Shown here piece after piece: positions 1 through 13,602 of a DNA stretch of 64,000 bases. Origin of the DNA: Laetmonice hystrix. Its lineage: Eukaryota. The notes beneath the pieces were generated by a model. That model was not told the origin of the DNA and ran no database searches. It worked only from the letters and a program-made list of their open reading frames with translations. Position 1 is the first letter of the stretch. Each line of letters starts with the position of its first letter. Made by a program: the position numbers and the translations under genes. Location: NCBI GenBank assembly GCA_965235115.1, contig OZ249436.1, forward strand, positions 52,700,001-52,764,000, read 5' to 3'.

Positions 1-345
1 GGTTGTGGTGGTTGGCAGGACCACACGGTACGGTGCGGGTTGTGGTGGTTGGCAGGGTCACACGGTACGGTGTGGGTTGTGGTGGTTGGCAGGACCACAC
101 GGTACGGTGTGGGTTGTGGTGGTTGGCAGGGCCACACGGTACGGTGTGGGTTGTGGTGGTTGGCAGGACCACACGGTACGGTGTGGGTTGTGGTGGTTGG
201 CAGGACCACACGGTACGGTGTGGGTTGTGGTGGTTGGCAGGACCACACGGTACGGTGTGGGTTGTGGTGGTTGGCAGGACCACACGGTACGGTGTGGGTT
301 GTGGTGGTTGGCAGGACCACACGGTACGGTGTGGGTTGTGGTGGT
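1..345. repeat. 37-bp minisatellite (GGTTGTGGTGGTTGGCAGGACCACACGGTACGGTGTG), about 9 copies, runs off the window start
   Basis: Unit read directly; explains the 37-aa periodic ORFs in all frames at 3-648. Confidence 0.95.
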
Positions 346-422
346 TACCAGAGCCACGTGGTGAGATATGTAGTAACGTATACGTGGGCACGCAATACCA
401 TTGAGTTTGCTACGTTTTCCAG

Positions 423-511
423 GGTCACCTGGGTACCGCGGGCTCTGAGGTGTACAAGGTGACCCGCTACCACTGGGTGCATGCTGCCGTGTTGAGATAT
501 GGATATGACTG
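423..511 (+). other. Candidate isolated coding exon (GHLGTAGSEVYKVTRYHWVHAAVLRYGYD), product unknown
   Basis: Acceptor ttttccAG at 421-422, weak donor TG|GTTGGT at 512, mostly G/C-ending codons; no partner exon or family recognised. Confidence 0.25.
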
Positions 512-1670
512 GTTGGTCCTTGACTATTGATCCCGTATCCGCCAATGGAACAGGGCCTCTGTTGACACCTTTCCGTTGTTTTGCAAGAAAATGTGTTTCT
601 GACCAGAATAACCACACATAACTTCCAGGCCCGAGTAACTGTAATCATATGTACTGAGACACATCTATGTTGTAATCGAAGGAATGGATGTGTGGAGAGT
701 AGGGTTGCTGATTAGGACTTAGAGATGATTAAACTGTGCTCAGACTAGATAGACCGGGTTACTGTTCCTGTCGATCTACCGATCTTTCGCTAACCCGCTA
801 TACCGGAAAAATGAAGTTATAACTCCCCCCCCCCCCGTCGTTACAGTTCGGACCGGACGCTATCTGCGAAGTGAGGCTCGTAGGGGATTCCTCTACATCC
901 GATTAATGCACGCAGTACTTTGGGTAAGGTCAAACATGAAATTTTAACATTGTCCTACTGAAGATAGAAGGTAACCTGTGGAATTTAACATGCCGCTTTA
1001 ACCTCAATCTGTTATCGCATGCCATTCGGGGGTTTCGCCGCACTTTTCAACAAATTATTTTATCCTGAGTAAGATGAGATTTGCATGGCACCGTGATCAC
1101 ATTGAACACCTGACGATGACGGATCTCGATGGTTGAATGATATTTGGCCGAAACTCCCTCGATTCGGTTGACGCTCGAGGCTGTATTTGTTTCACGCACC
1201 TTGTTCCTTGAGTAAACGAGAACACATTAAGTACCTATGGTGGTTCGTGCACGTGCACAACACTTTAAGCCAGTTTTTGCTTCACATTCTAAGTGCAGAT
1301 GGTGCCCTTTTTGTGTTTAACTGGTTTGGTGGTCCTTAATTTAAGTGAAACGACTATATTTACAGTTATTAGTTATAAGATGATGTTTCGGTGTTGAAGC
1401 GATGGAGTTGAGAACAGGAACACTAGTTTGAACTGAAAGCTTAAATTGTTTTCATAGTTCAAGCTTTCCACCAAGGTTTTACACACACAACAGTTGGGAT
1501 AATAAAACAGTTATTTGGAAGTAGTATATATGAAAAGAAAGTACTGAACCTCGAGAGGGATGCGTCTAAGTCCAAAAAAAAATTCCCGGTTTCTGGTCCG
1601 CGCGCGCATCACTTCAGATGCCGCGCATCAGTGCTTTTTTTCTTGCCCTCACCTTGGATGACTGTGAATT

Positions 1671-1688
1671 GTGCTGCCACCTAGCGGT
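1671..1688 (-). promoter_or_regulatory. CTCF-like motif (ACCGCTAGGTGGCAGCAC)
   Basis: Close match to the CTCF core CCASYAGRKGGCRS; motif only. Confidence 0.45.
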
Positions 1689-3879
1689 AAGGCTTAAAAC
1701 TAACCATTGTTGTCATGGATATGTCATTAACCGACTGCAACGGAAGTGTGTTTGTATTCAAAGCGATGACAGCAAAGGTCATGGTCCTTATCTATGAGTT
1801 CATTTTACATGATAATTTTTACCATCTTAGCCAGCTATCACCAAAAAAAAAACTTTAACAACAACAAAAAAAAACGCGTCACCGCCACTTTTGAAATTCT
1901 TTTTGAGCCAGAAACCTGAAATTTTTTTTTTTGGGGGGGGGGGTTCTAAGCATTTTTAAGTTATATTTTCAGCAGAACACGATATACCTTGCTGAGAATA
2001 GGCTAAACCAGAATACATACAGGAATCAAGAGTCTATCGCCGACGGATGTAGCCGTACACGCGCGTATATTAGTCGTGCGACACGAGCGACGATACGCGA
2101 CCTCGATTGACGCTTCAGATGGTACCTTCCACTTTCGCTTCTGCTAAGGAAAAATGTCGCGCGACACTCGCATCGCATCACATCTGGTGCGAATTCGACT
2201 GGTCGCCTGCAGTCGCGGAAGTCTGCCATTTGTAGTTGTCGCACGTTGTAGATGATTTTAGTACATCGTGAGAGAAACTAAACGAGATGATCGGGTCACA
2301 GTATCCACCTAAAGTAAACAATAGAAGCAAGACTTCAATACTTCTATTTCTTTCCGTGTTCACAATCAGTCTTTTAAATCTTTCAAACGGATTCACCTTG
2401 TGTGACGTACTGACAACAAAGATAGAGAGGTCTCAGATCCATGTACCCGAGTGTTTCTAAACGTTACCGAGCGGGCATCCAACACCGGATACAGCTCTTT
2501 CGTCTGTTGCCAGTTCCGATGACGAACTGGCAACAAGCCGCCACTACCGGTTACAAACATGAAATATTCCGTGACCTTCCCTCAAATAAGACGAACCTCC
2601 TTACATCTCTAGATCTGAGATATATTCATTTGGAGCTGATCACACCGATATTTCCCGTGGATAGTGGTCACATCAAGTTCCGCAATTTAGTATCATTGTC
2701 TTTGTGCCATTCTATGCGACCTTGCCGTAAAGAATGGTGCGTTTCGCCCTCACAGCCCTCGCGCTTAGATTATATTCGGCCCTAGGGTTTCAATGGAACA
2801 ACACGCAACATGAAAAAGATTCAGGGTTTCTGATAGGTCCTTTTAATATAATCCAGGCGGACCCGTGTTTTGTGTGGGGTAACAGGGGCACCTCAGCGAT
2901 AAAGCTAGACGATCTCTACCCGGGGGTCACCAGTAACACATCCGTCATGGCTGGAGGTCGGCCAGGGCCACGTACATAACGTCTGCCCACATTGTATTGG
3001 GGATCTCTGAAGCAGTCGCCTAACAACCCGTTTTGATAACTGGGTTACTTTACTCAAACATAACGAGACGTCGCGCCTACCCTATTTCTTCCTTGTTGTT
3101 TTATTCAAACCGGACATATCGCACAGTCATCCTGATTGTTATTGGCATTTGTGTACCGACGAATGGTGGGAAAACGACATTTTGATTCTTATTTTTATGG
3201 GGCAAGGCATATTGTCTGCCATTGATATACGAGGACCTCTACAAAGCCGTATAGATTTAGGACTATTGCGAGTCGATTTATTTCTTGGCGGAGCTTCCGG
3301 CGGTTGGAAAGTATGGCTCTCTTATTGCTGAATACCTCCTTAGAGATCAAATGCCAATCTCCAGACATGCATTTTGAGATACGAGTTAGAAAAGCCTATA
3401 AGTTCTTTCCCCAACAAGATGTCACTGAATGTTGTCTGCCGCCGCATCATACACGAGCCCCCAATGACACGGAGGTAGCGGGTGCCTAGACCTCTATCCC
3501 CTATCGAGGTAGGCTCTCAGCACAGCGGCTGAATCTCTATCTGATATTGTAACCATGCTGCTTTGTTTTAATATGAATTGGCCGTCTACAAGGATGCACG
3601 CCCACACATATGGCGTGAGGCGCTTGTTTTCTCGGTTAGACACTTAAGGGTGATTTATGGTAATGACTTGAGTCTACTTATTTGCTCACTACGAAGGGAT
3701 GATTTACTTAGTTTAAAAAAGACAATCCAATATCATGGAGATTTAGCCTTACAAATGAGCCCTAGCATGATGATAACATCCTATCATAATAACACAACGG
3801 ATTAACTTAAATTATCAGGCCATAATAATTTACAATGAAATGACATTTGTCTTATAACTACAAACTCTGATTGGCAAGC

Positions 3880-4118
3880 AATACAGGTAGGATCCCATAA
3901 TACAGGTAGGATCCCATAATACAGGTAGGATACAGGTAGGATCCCATAATACAGGTAGGATCCCATCATACAGGTAGGATCCCACCATACAGGTAGGATC
4001 CCATAATACAGGTAGGATCCCATAATACAGGTAGGATCCCATCATACAGGTAGGATCCCATCATACAGGTAGGATCCCATAATACAGGTAGGATCCCATA
4101 ATACAGGTAGGATCCCAT
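3880..4118. repeat. 19-bp minisatellite (AATACAGGTAGGATCCCAT), about 12 copies
   Basis: Unit read directly, one truncated unit near 3925. Confidence 0.95.
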
Positions 4119-6355
4119 TTCCCATGGAGATTTCTATCCTTGTCTACAGTGTGATTCATCCACCTGTTCCTCATTTACATATGGAAGATATCCCCGGATC
4201 TGGTTGGTCTGCTTGTGTTATAGTTTGGTTTGAAAGAATCACCGAGTATTTCTCATTTCAGTGAAGATAAACCGATGAATTTCATTGACTGTTCAAGTCA
4301 ATGCCAGGTCATCAACCAGCCATGAGCCGTCCGACGACGGGCAACTGGAATGTTGAATTTCTTTGATTTCCAATATACATCATGATTCCCGTTCAGAAAC
4401 GGATTCAGGTCGGCGCCACATGGGGGTCACGAATGAGGTCGTGGGTACGAAGGGGGCACGAGGGGGGGGGGGGGGTATGTACACTATTGGCTGTGTATGC
4501 TTTAGATGAACTTGAAAAAATAATTCTACAATTAACTGAATGTTCATATCGGGTAGATTTTCAGACATCAGACATTTCAAGAGGCAGAAAAGGGGATCGC
4601 TATGCAGAAAGAACTTTTTGCGGTGTTAAATATTGTGAAACCATTTACAAGGAAACGGTTACTAATGTTCTCCAACCTAAAAGGTGATTATGGAGAGCTC
4701 AGCACAACACAAACGAAACGATGTATTACCAACGCAAAGGTTCTGTCAGTCCTTCCTCTAGTGTTCATGATAATGTCGCAATCCGAACACTTTTAAAATC
4801 TTCTCTTTACGAGTCCCCATTGAGCAACATGAGAGCAGTCACTAACAGAAATAAACACTATTTTATCATAAATGGTACTCATCTACCTGAGAAAATAGAT
4901 CATTTCTGTGATTAAAGTTATATTCATTGTTTCTCCAATTTTCAGATCTTAGCACGGATTTCGGTATTTCAAAGGATCGATTTTGGTGCTTTTGCTGTCA
5001 GTCTCTCGGATCTAGAGAGATCTGTAGTTTTGATAATGTTTAACGCCTGAACTGTCTCAAAATGTTTCTTCTAAAGGATCTGGGCGAAGTGCCTTAGATC
5101 TATACCGCTTCCACACAGTTCGTAATGTGCATTTATTCATTATGTATAGTGCTTTTAGGATCAATTAGATTTAGAAGATTTATAACCTACACTGCTGGCC
5201 TACAATACCATGGGTTGGAATGTTGTGTATATCTAAGGTGGCCAATAAGTACCTTTTTGCTATTTTCAAGAAAGTCGCAATACATTTTATTCACGTTTTA
5301 GCTGATAAAGTTCGATGGTCTCTCATTCATTTACCGCGGAAAGAGGAGAGGCAATTTGGAGTTTTCAAAGTTCCAACTGGTAGACCTAATTATACGTGCG
5401 ACGAAATTCACCAAACTGTTGTGAAACTTTGCAATAATGTAGGTTCACATCTCCTCATTCTTATATGGCAAACCCCTGAGAATATATCTGGGTAAGAGTT
5501 CGGGCATCAACAAGACGTTGGGCAGCTTTCATTTTCGAAAAAGACCAAGAAAATCTAGCGGCAAAGAACGAGCAAGACATTCAAAGACCTGTACCAAAAA
5601 CGGAAGCAAAAGCATTCATTTTGGATGCACGAATGGCTGCCGTGGAAACGTATCGCGTTAGAGGCAACAGGTATTCGCGAAGTTTTGTTTCCGACGCGAC
5701 GGAAACTTCGCGACAAAATTCTCTCTAATATGGCTGCAGCTGTAATAACGTACACATGGAGGGAGCCAGAGAGGTCATCGACAAGTCAATTGGGTCACTG
5801 CCGTTTTTTGTTTGTCTTCTTTCTTCTTCTACTGTGTATCTTAAGCTGTTCATTCCCGATTGACATTTTCTCGTTGTAGCTATTCTGTGCAGTGATGGAT
5901 GCAACTTTATGCAACGCCCCCCCCCCCCCGGCCGTGTTACTGCATGTGCTGTCGGGGTGCAGCGTGGGTGAATGGGTTGGAGTAGTTGGCGTAATATTGG
6001 CTTAGTAAAATGAGGCATCGCCAACTTTGGATGACGACGACCCAGATTTGAGAGAGCACTCCTATTCAGTGATCTACACCTGCCAATACCATAGAGAGCA
6101 GTGTAAATAAAACAGTGTTCTTCTGGGACGTCTGCGCACGCCAGGGAAAGGTGGTCTGTCGAAGCCATTGGCGCCTGCCAGATCTTCTTTAGCTCTTCTC
6201 GTTAGAATGTTTTATATGTGAAAGAAACAGTAAAGCTGGTAGATTTACTATAATTCTAAATGACCAACTGATACTGATAACTTGTTGTCGATTTTAGAAT
6301 GTTGGGGTATTGAGCGAATAACCTGAACAAGTAATCCGAGTACCCTTTGTCCTTA

Positions 6356-6981
6356 CCTCTGTGATAGGCCTCGTATACTCGGCTTGCTCGCACATAACCA
6401 ATCATTTCAAATTGCCAGCAAACAGGGACTGACATCGCCGGTCCTTAAAAATATACCTCTAATATGAACTCACCGCTGTGGACAATTCGTCGTGAATCAT
6501 GCCGTTTGATCGAATTGGTGTATTCCTTCTCATCAAACCGCTCCACTGCTCACTTTTTTGTTTTTTTTATCCCAAATATTTAATAAATCAGACGTTTAAA
6601 AATGCGAACCGAGCAGTTTGATTTCCGTTGCGCGCTGAAGGCCAGTAGGGGAGCATATCATCACACATGGAGCCAAGCACTTATCCATTATGGCCCGAGA
6701 TCCAGCCCCCTTCTTAGATATTAGCTGCTCCCTTTGTTTATTTAAAATGGCCGCCGGCCGTGACGATGTCGAAGTGCCCGCTTCGTTTGAAAAGTCACCT
6801 GAATCTGCTTTGTAGAAGGACTTGGGCTAAATTCATTGCACTCAATGGCTGAAGATAAAGGCAAAACTTTATTTGAAATGATTGGCTATGGGCGCTGTAG
6901 CCTCTCATTCTGGGGTCATTACAAATCTCTCATGGGCATAAACTTGCCGATAGGCCCAGTATACGAGACCTATCACAGGGG
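6356..6981. mobile_element. Non-autonomous TIR element, about 626 bp
   Basis: Imperfect TIR CCTCTGTGATAGGCCTCGTATACTCGGC versus reverse complement CCCCTGTGATAGGTCTCGTATACTGGGC; no TSD resolved; carries CTCF-like (6640-6656) and YY1-like AAAATGGCCGCC motifs. Confidence 0.6.
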
Positions 6982-7027
6982 CAAGCTTAGAGTAATGATG
7001 CCGTAAGAATGCTTTCTTCAGTCTTAA

Positions 7028-7640
7028 AGCTGTATCCTCACTGGACGCGTGCGACGCGAGCGACGCGTACGATGCGTGCGACGCGATATTTTTTCTATCC
7101 TCACCAGATGCGCGTGATACGTCTGCGTATAGGCTACGGGCCTGGGAACATATAGGTATTTACATTATGCGCGTCTATCAATTGCGGGTCCAGGATATCA
7201 CTAAAGCCTAAAGGGGAAGGGGGCACAGGAAAACAATTCATAATTGTTTGCATTACGAATTAAAGCTCATGCTCTTGAATGAGAGTTCTAGAGGTATAGG
7301 CCTACATAATAGCTCGGGGTTTCCCTGAGATACACCGTCAGTGTTAAAATTAATTAAAAATGAGTAGGCTATAGGCGTGTATAGGTGTATATTAGTCTCT
7401 TGACGCTCTTTGAACAAAGTTCAAGGTCGTAGATCTCACTTCTGATTGGTCAAGATGTCTTTTGTCGCGCGCGTAGCGCGACAAAAATAGAACCAGTCCT
7501 ATCTGTGTCGCGACGCGCGCGTCACAAAAAATGACGCGCGCGTCGCGCGCGGCCAGTGCAGATGGCTCAATTCATTTTCATTACTTCTAAAAAAAACGCG
7601 CGCGTCGCTCGCGTCGCACGCGTCCAGTGAGGATACAGCT
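7028..7640. mobile_element. PIF/Harbinger-like MITE, 613 bp
   Basis: Perfect 40-bp TIR AGCTGTATCCTCACTGGACGCGTGCGACGCGAGCGACGCG; degenerate internal AAATAGAAC..CTAT palindrome near 7487; TAA on the left flank but TSD not matched on the right, so superfamily is inferred. Confidence 0.8.
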
Positions 7641-7723
7641 ATGCGTGCCGTCTATACGAAGGGTGTAGCTGTCTTGATCACTCGGCTGGGAGTTTGGCAC
7701 ACACATGACGCACCTGTTCCGGC

Positions 7724-7925
7724 TAGATACGTCCGAAATATGTCCGCAAACATCAGGTAGATGTATCCGGAGAAATTGATAGGTACGCAAATATCAGCTG
7801 GATGTGTCCGGTACCCGACACATCTAGCTGACATTTGCGGACATATCCGGATTACCGGACACATCTAGTTGATGTTTGCAGACATATCCAGATTACCGGA
7901 CACACCTAGCTGATATTTGCGGACA
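7724..7925. repeat. Inverted plus tandem array of a ~38-bp unit (CCGGACACATCTAGCTGATATTTGCGGACATAT), hairpin centred near 7812
   Basis: Copies in opposite orientation either side of GTGTCCGGTACCCGACAC; probably an internal part of a MITE. Confidence 0.7.
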
Positions 7926-7960
7926 AGTACGCAGGCAGACTGTAGGATCCGTGCAGTCCT

Positions 7961-8024
7961 GACCCTCACGACCCTCAGCGGCCCTCAGCGACCCTCAGCG
8001 GCCCTCAGCGACCCTCAGCGGCCC
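7961..8024. repeat. 10-bp tandem repeat RCCCTCAGCG, 6 copies alternating A/G
   Basis: Read directly. Confidence 0.9.
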
Positions 8025-10652
8025 AGCAGTAGGTCGGAACAAGTTGCTATTTACTTTGCGCGCGGCCGGAGGGTAGGCCTAAATTTATAAGCGGCCCGTT
8101 TACAAAGTTTTACTGTCGGAGTTGCCTGACTGGTGTTGTTGCTGCAAAAGAAGTTGTTGCAAAAGAAGAAGACATAATGCCTTTCGCATTCGGGTTGTTG
8201 ACGGATCTGAGGTCGCTATTCAAACAGCTGTATTTCAATTCATAAACTTCGCAATAAGTCATTATTAAACTTGCCAACTTTTAATGACTGAGCCTTTATT
8301 AAAATATGTGATATTAAATTAAACTAATTTAGCAGTACCTATCTATCTATTTCACAAAAGCAAACAAAACTGGCCAATAAAGCGGGTCATGGCATCGCGT
8401 GGCATGGCCGGTGCTACTACCACGTCACCTTGCGTCGCAGAAGCAAGAGAGCGGAGTGACAGAGACTGGCCAATCAGAAACAGCGTCGGTGTTCCTAGTG
8501 ACAGACACGTTGACATCCCAAGCATCAACAGCGTACATGATCAGCATCATCATGTGCAGCAACCCGCGGAAAGAACCTTGCTAGGCGCGTCAGGCGCGTA
8601 CCTGCTTTTACGCAAATACGCAGTTGGGTCCCCATAATTTTTCGAACAAAAAAGAAAAACTCCTGACACGGAGCTGAATCAACCAATCAGCGCCTATGAC
8701 TCTTTATGTTTCTTCTTTTCTCTGTGCGTTATTCCTGGTCCCCCGGGTCGGCGTTCCTGTTATTGTGGTCAGGCTCCGCTGTTTCCCATCTTTGGATGGA
8801 TTTGGATATTGTCAGTAGTTTATTTGCCGTGTTTTGGGTCGCTTTCAGGTTGTTGGAGAAAAGTTGGGTGTTGTTGGGGTTTAAGTGGTTGTTTCTGTGT
8901 ATAGCGGTGCCCTCTTCTTGGAATTCTCTTTGGAATTGTTCTACATTTGATCCAGACACCCTTCATGCTGGGTTTGCGTGCATATTTTTATAGTTGCCTT
9001 TGCTTTTATCATCCTCGTTCTGACTATAAAGATTATTCTTACTTCCTCTTTTGTTGATGAGGTAGTATGGTTTGCCTTGGTTGTTCTGATTGTTGGTTGC
9101 TAGGAATTGGAATTTGATTTTGTTTTCTCCGTCTTTGTTGATTTTTTGTTCAATTGCGGTGGTTATGGCTTTGTTGATACTAGGCTACATGATTTCCCAA
9201 AATGCGGTGGCAAGAAAATAAATCCGCCGAGCTTACACTGATGCAGAAGTGACTGGAGGTAGAACAGTAATTTACTTGAGTAATTTAAGCTAGAATATCC
9301 AAAGATTTGAGCCTACAAAATCAAAAATTGACGCGGACGTCCTTCCTTGCCACTAAAACGTAGTCTACACCAATCTTTCCTTTTAGTGGCAGGAGCGTAC
9401 CCAGCCAATTTTGCAGTGGACTCGAAAATCGCGGCTCAACATTTTTTCTGTAACCCCCCCCCCCCCCCTCTCAATACCTTCAACTCTGCAGGGACCCCCT
9501 CGTTTGGCTTTTGTCATGTGTTCTATATGTACAGGATGTTTAGTTTGTTGTTGATGCACTCTCGTATGTTTCACAATTGAACATATTTTATTGAGGACCA
9601 AGGCGTTCAGGTCGATTAGACTGGCTGGTCTTGTTGTATCAGATTATCGTTTGACTCCATTTCTAACAGGATGCGATATGTTTTCATATAAACCATGAAA
9701 CATTTGCCAGCATTGAGGAAATGTCAATCGATTCCGTGCACCACAAAACCGACCGTGCCAGCCTAAGGAGGTTGGCGACCCTCGGTCGATAGGTGGATAT
9801 AAGTAAATGGCTATACCGTGTCACGTTTCAGACGTCGGTATGGATCATTCGTTTGGACATTTGCATGAAGCTTTCACGGTTGATTCCTTCTTCCTACACT
9901 GCTCACGGCTAACTCATAGGCGGTGGAAGTGGGGGGGGGGGGCTGGTGGAACTGCCCCCCCCCCCCAGTAATAATTTTATTGTGGGCCTGCCCCCATAAT
10001 CCTATGGCTTTTGTAGATTTTCATGGCATATTATTAATTATACCTGGATCTGTATTTGTATCTATATCATACAACCAAGTTCCACTACCAAAACGGGCCC
10101 CCAATATGTTCCCGCGTTACTGTAAACGTATTATAAACGCGCGTTTTCCTTAAAGCAGGAAAACCAACTGACGCGATGATGAAAAGTGTTCAGACTCATA
10201 CGACGCTCAGGACTGGTGTGTTCGCTGGGAAACCATTACCTATGGAAATCACATCGAATCAAGTGTGTTTCCTTCCTGAGCGTCACCACGTTATGGTTTC
10301 AAATCACCACGTTGTGGTTTGAGGCCATCGTGCTTTCGTTGGAATAATGCATGCCGTGGTTTCGGGTCACCATATTTTGTTTTCGCCAAGCTAGCTAGTG
10401 GCCTCGGTGGGCCAGAGTGGGGCTCGGTAAGCTAAACTTCCTGTAGGCCTGGAGCAGGTAGGACTATCCTACTCGGCTTGGCTGTCAGATGTAATTCACA
10501 CTAGAAACAAACGCGCTTAATCCGAGGTAACTTACCCCAAGTGGCATTTAATGATGGAGGGCTGGCCGCGGAGAAAGTGCATGCCCCTCCGTCTGAACGA
10601 TAAACCTTTCTGTAGTACTACAGAATTCAGGAGGAAGCCACCGAGGCACATC

Positions 10653-10801
10653 NNNNNNNNNNNNNNNNNNNNNNNNNNNNNNNNNNNNNNNNNNNNNNNN
10701 NNNNNNNNNNNNNNNNNNNNNNNNNNNNNNNNNNNNNNNNNNNNNNNNNNNNNNNNNNNNNNNNNNNNNNNNNNNNNNNNNNNNNNNNNNNNNNNNNNNN
10801 N
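10653..10801. other. Assembly gap (149 N)
   Basis: Run of N; ORFs crossing it are artefacts. Confidence 0.99.
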
Positions 10802-11357
10802 AGTGACATGTCGCTGGTGCGATTTGTAGGTAATTCGCTGCACCCAATAAAACATAGAGTGGTTCTTTGACATGACAAGACACATAGACAATGTTGAACA
10901 AGGTCGGTGCCAAAGATGATCCTTCAACCCGATGCTCAACAACTTCCCCACAGCCACACTCGCCCCATTCCTCGCCTCTTAACGACAAACGTTTGTCGGG
11001 GATCATTCTAGCACCGGGTCTAGTTGAGGTTGGGTATAGGCGTCTTCAGGATTCAAGTGTGTGTGGGTAGTTGGCTTTATAATCTCAATCATCTCATTTA
11101 GTGCCAAGTTCGCGTTCCGATGTTAAACCACCCGCCACCCAGTCACCTTGGCAGGCACATGTCGACATGTTTTTACGGACGTTTCCTGATTGGATTAAAC
11201 AACGGTTAATGGAATATTGTGAAAGAAATTATGTAATTATGGTTTCTTCACGTCATAAAGTCTCCGTGTGTAAAGGGGGCATTGTGCCGGAAAGTGGGGG
11301 CGGCGTCAAAATACATCAGTAAAAGGCAAGACCCTCGTGTGCACCCCCCTAACTATA

Positions 11358-11543
11358 CAGAGGTGTAGGCAGAACTGAGATATGGGGGGGGGGGGGGGGG
11401 GTCCAACTGAGATGGCGGGGGGGGGGGGTTCAACCATAATATTAGAAATATTTATTTATTTAGTTATTTATTTAGCTATTAATTATCTTTTTGGGGGAGG
11501 AGGGGTTGCGGGCAACCCGGAAACCCCCCTGGCTACACCCTTG
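11358..11543. mobile_element. MITE with CA-GG termini and 5-bp TSD (CTATA), 186 bp
   Basis: TIR CAGAGGTGTAGGCAG / CTGGCTACACCCTTG; CTATA at 11353-11357 and 11544-11548. Confidence 0.8.
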
Positions 11544-11603
11544 CTATAGGCAGGTACCGCAGGTAAAAATATGTGTAACTATCAGATTTGCTGAAAGTGT
11601 ATC

Positions 11604-12116
11604 AATGTGGGGACAGATGTGGGGACAATGTGGGACAATGTGGGACAATGTGGGGACAATGTGGGACAATGTGGGGACAGATGTGGGGACAATGTGGGGA
11701 CAGATGTGGGGACAATGTGGGACAATGTGGGGACAGATGTGGGGACAATGTGGGACAATGTGGGGACAGATGTGGGCAATGTGGGACAATGTGGGACAAT
11801 GTGGGGCAATGTGGGGACAGATGTGGGGACAATGTGGGGACAGATGTGGGGACAATGTGGGACAATGTGGGGACAGATGTGGGGACAATGTGGGACAATG
11901 TGGGGACAGATGTGGGGACAATGCGGGACAATGTGGGACAATGTGGGGACAGATGTGGGGACAATGTGGGACAATGTGGGGACAGATGTGGGGACAATGT
12001 GGGACAATGTGGGACAATGTGGGGACAGATGTGGGGACAATGTGGGAACAATGTAGGACAATGTGGGACAATGTGGGGACAATGTGGGACAATGTGGGGA
12101 CAATGTGGGGACAGAT
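11604..12116. repeat. G-run minisatellite of 10-12 bp variants (ATGTGGGACA / ATGTGGGGACA / ATGTGGGGACAG)
   Basis: Read directly; source of the six overlapping pseudo-ORFs at 11491-12223. Confidence 0.95.
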
Positions 12117-12959
12117 CGGCCGACGTTACAGGATCAGACGCTAACACGGCGCGACGGCCCGTGAAACATTGGAGAACTATCCACCGGTCCTGTTACACAA
12201 CCGTCTTTTTTTACCGCCAATGACGGCCAGACCTAATCTGTAACCAGGTTTCGGATTAAATATCAATCACGCCAAGTTACATACGAGCAGGAATGGAAAT
12301 GGGATATGATATCCCCTTCATCTTGGTGAATGGGACTAGATTTCAGCCTCTAAAGATCAAGGGAATCATGTTTTAACGAGAGCATATTGGCCCGGCAGTA
12401 GGGGGATGGGGGGCTGCACCAAGGACACATCAACCTGTGTTTGCACGATGGAACACTAATCCATCGTCAGCCTCCTATTGTCGGTGCTATCGGCCTCCCT
12501 TCATCCTATCTAGAATGCACTTATCCTGATCTTTCAGTCTGGCAAAATCAGAAACGCAACAAAGTCGTTGAAGGTCTGTTGAAGTTTCTTGAGGCCACTT
12601 GAGGCCTTTAATCTGGTCGGTCCGACTGGGGCCTGCATGTCCTCATGCCTCTTGCAGCAGCTGTCCAGCTCGGCGCTTGGGATCCGCTTCAACGGATTAC
12701 TTCCCACGGTGGCAATCATGATCAATGGTCCGTTCGCCGCCCGCCACTGTCATAGCGGTAAACAGCAGCGCCGTGAAAAGTGCCAATTGGGCGTGATGGA
12801 CCGTCACAGAGCGGGCTGATGACTACCCAGGGAGGGACCGGTCTGCTCGCCCGTCACCAGGCCGGTGTGACAGGGTCAAGCCTGTCTGGACTCCCGGCCG
12901 GGACTACCCGGACAGACCGGCCGTGTTATATAAGCACCCCCAACCCTCCCTCCTATTTA

Positions 12960-13240
12960 TTCCTGATGTGAGATCACCAAGGAAACGACGGCTACTGCTA
13001 CCTATATGGATAATCAGTTATACAGCTATAGGGAGTATATGAATCTAAATTCTGGGCTACATCTGGGGAGGGGGCGGGTTTGAACCTCCATGGGTGGCAT
13101 GGCCAAAATGATATGTATTGATAACCTATCAGAAAACAAGGAACCAGAGCTGCACCCTTTCATGTATAGAGTACCCCTATGACCCTTTAGATCAACCTCG
13201 GGGCAAATCTCGATTGAGACCAAGGCTTTACGTACCTTGG
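12960..13240 (-). mobile_element. Degenerate LINE ORF2 APE-endonuclease remnant
   Basis: Minus-strand TRPLPR...FIYS resembles the RPxxLPR..vYxPP segment and downstream FLGDL resembles GDFN; stops and frameshifts present. Confidence 0.4.
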
Positions 13241-13480
13241 CGAGTTCGCTGTCCGCTGCCGGCGCAGCCCAAATGCTCCCGACTGGCTTCTCAAAGGCTG
13301 CATGGGTTGGTAGCGATGCGTTTATGCACGTTAAAAAAGACCTTCAATAATAGCAGGGCGTAGGGTCCCGGTGAGCGGGCTTCTCCTGTATTATCTTGAC
13401 ATCACCAAACATAACATATACAATATTCCCGTCTTGGAGCTGACAGGACGTATAGAACCACAAACCTACCACCACAAACC

Positions 13481-13602
13481 CTCCACCCCACCCCCACTCC
13501 ACCTCCACTCCACCCCACCCTCACCTGACCCCCACCCCCACCCCACTCCACCTCCACTCCACCCCCACCCCACTCCACCTCCACTCCACCCCCACCCCAC
13601 TC
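13481..13602. repeat. C-rich low-complexity repeat (CCACCCCACTCCACCT-like), G-rich on the minus strand
   Basis: Read directly. Confidence 0.9.

Noticed and set aside
10532-11006. ORFs of 83-152 aa spanning the N-run
   Set aside because: Length is created by the assembly gap
11491-12223. Long Cys/Gly/Trp-rich or His/Pro-rich ORFs suggesting a repetitive protein
   Set aside because: All six frames are open because the repeat unit lacks stop codons; unit lengths are not codon-constrained
12534-12725. IMIATVGSN as an SGNH-esterase ORF1 block
   Set aside because: Other SGNH blocks not found, and it lies downstream of an APE remnant, so it is more likely decayed ORF2 linker
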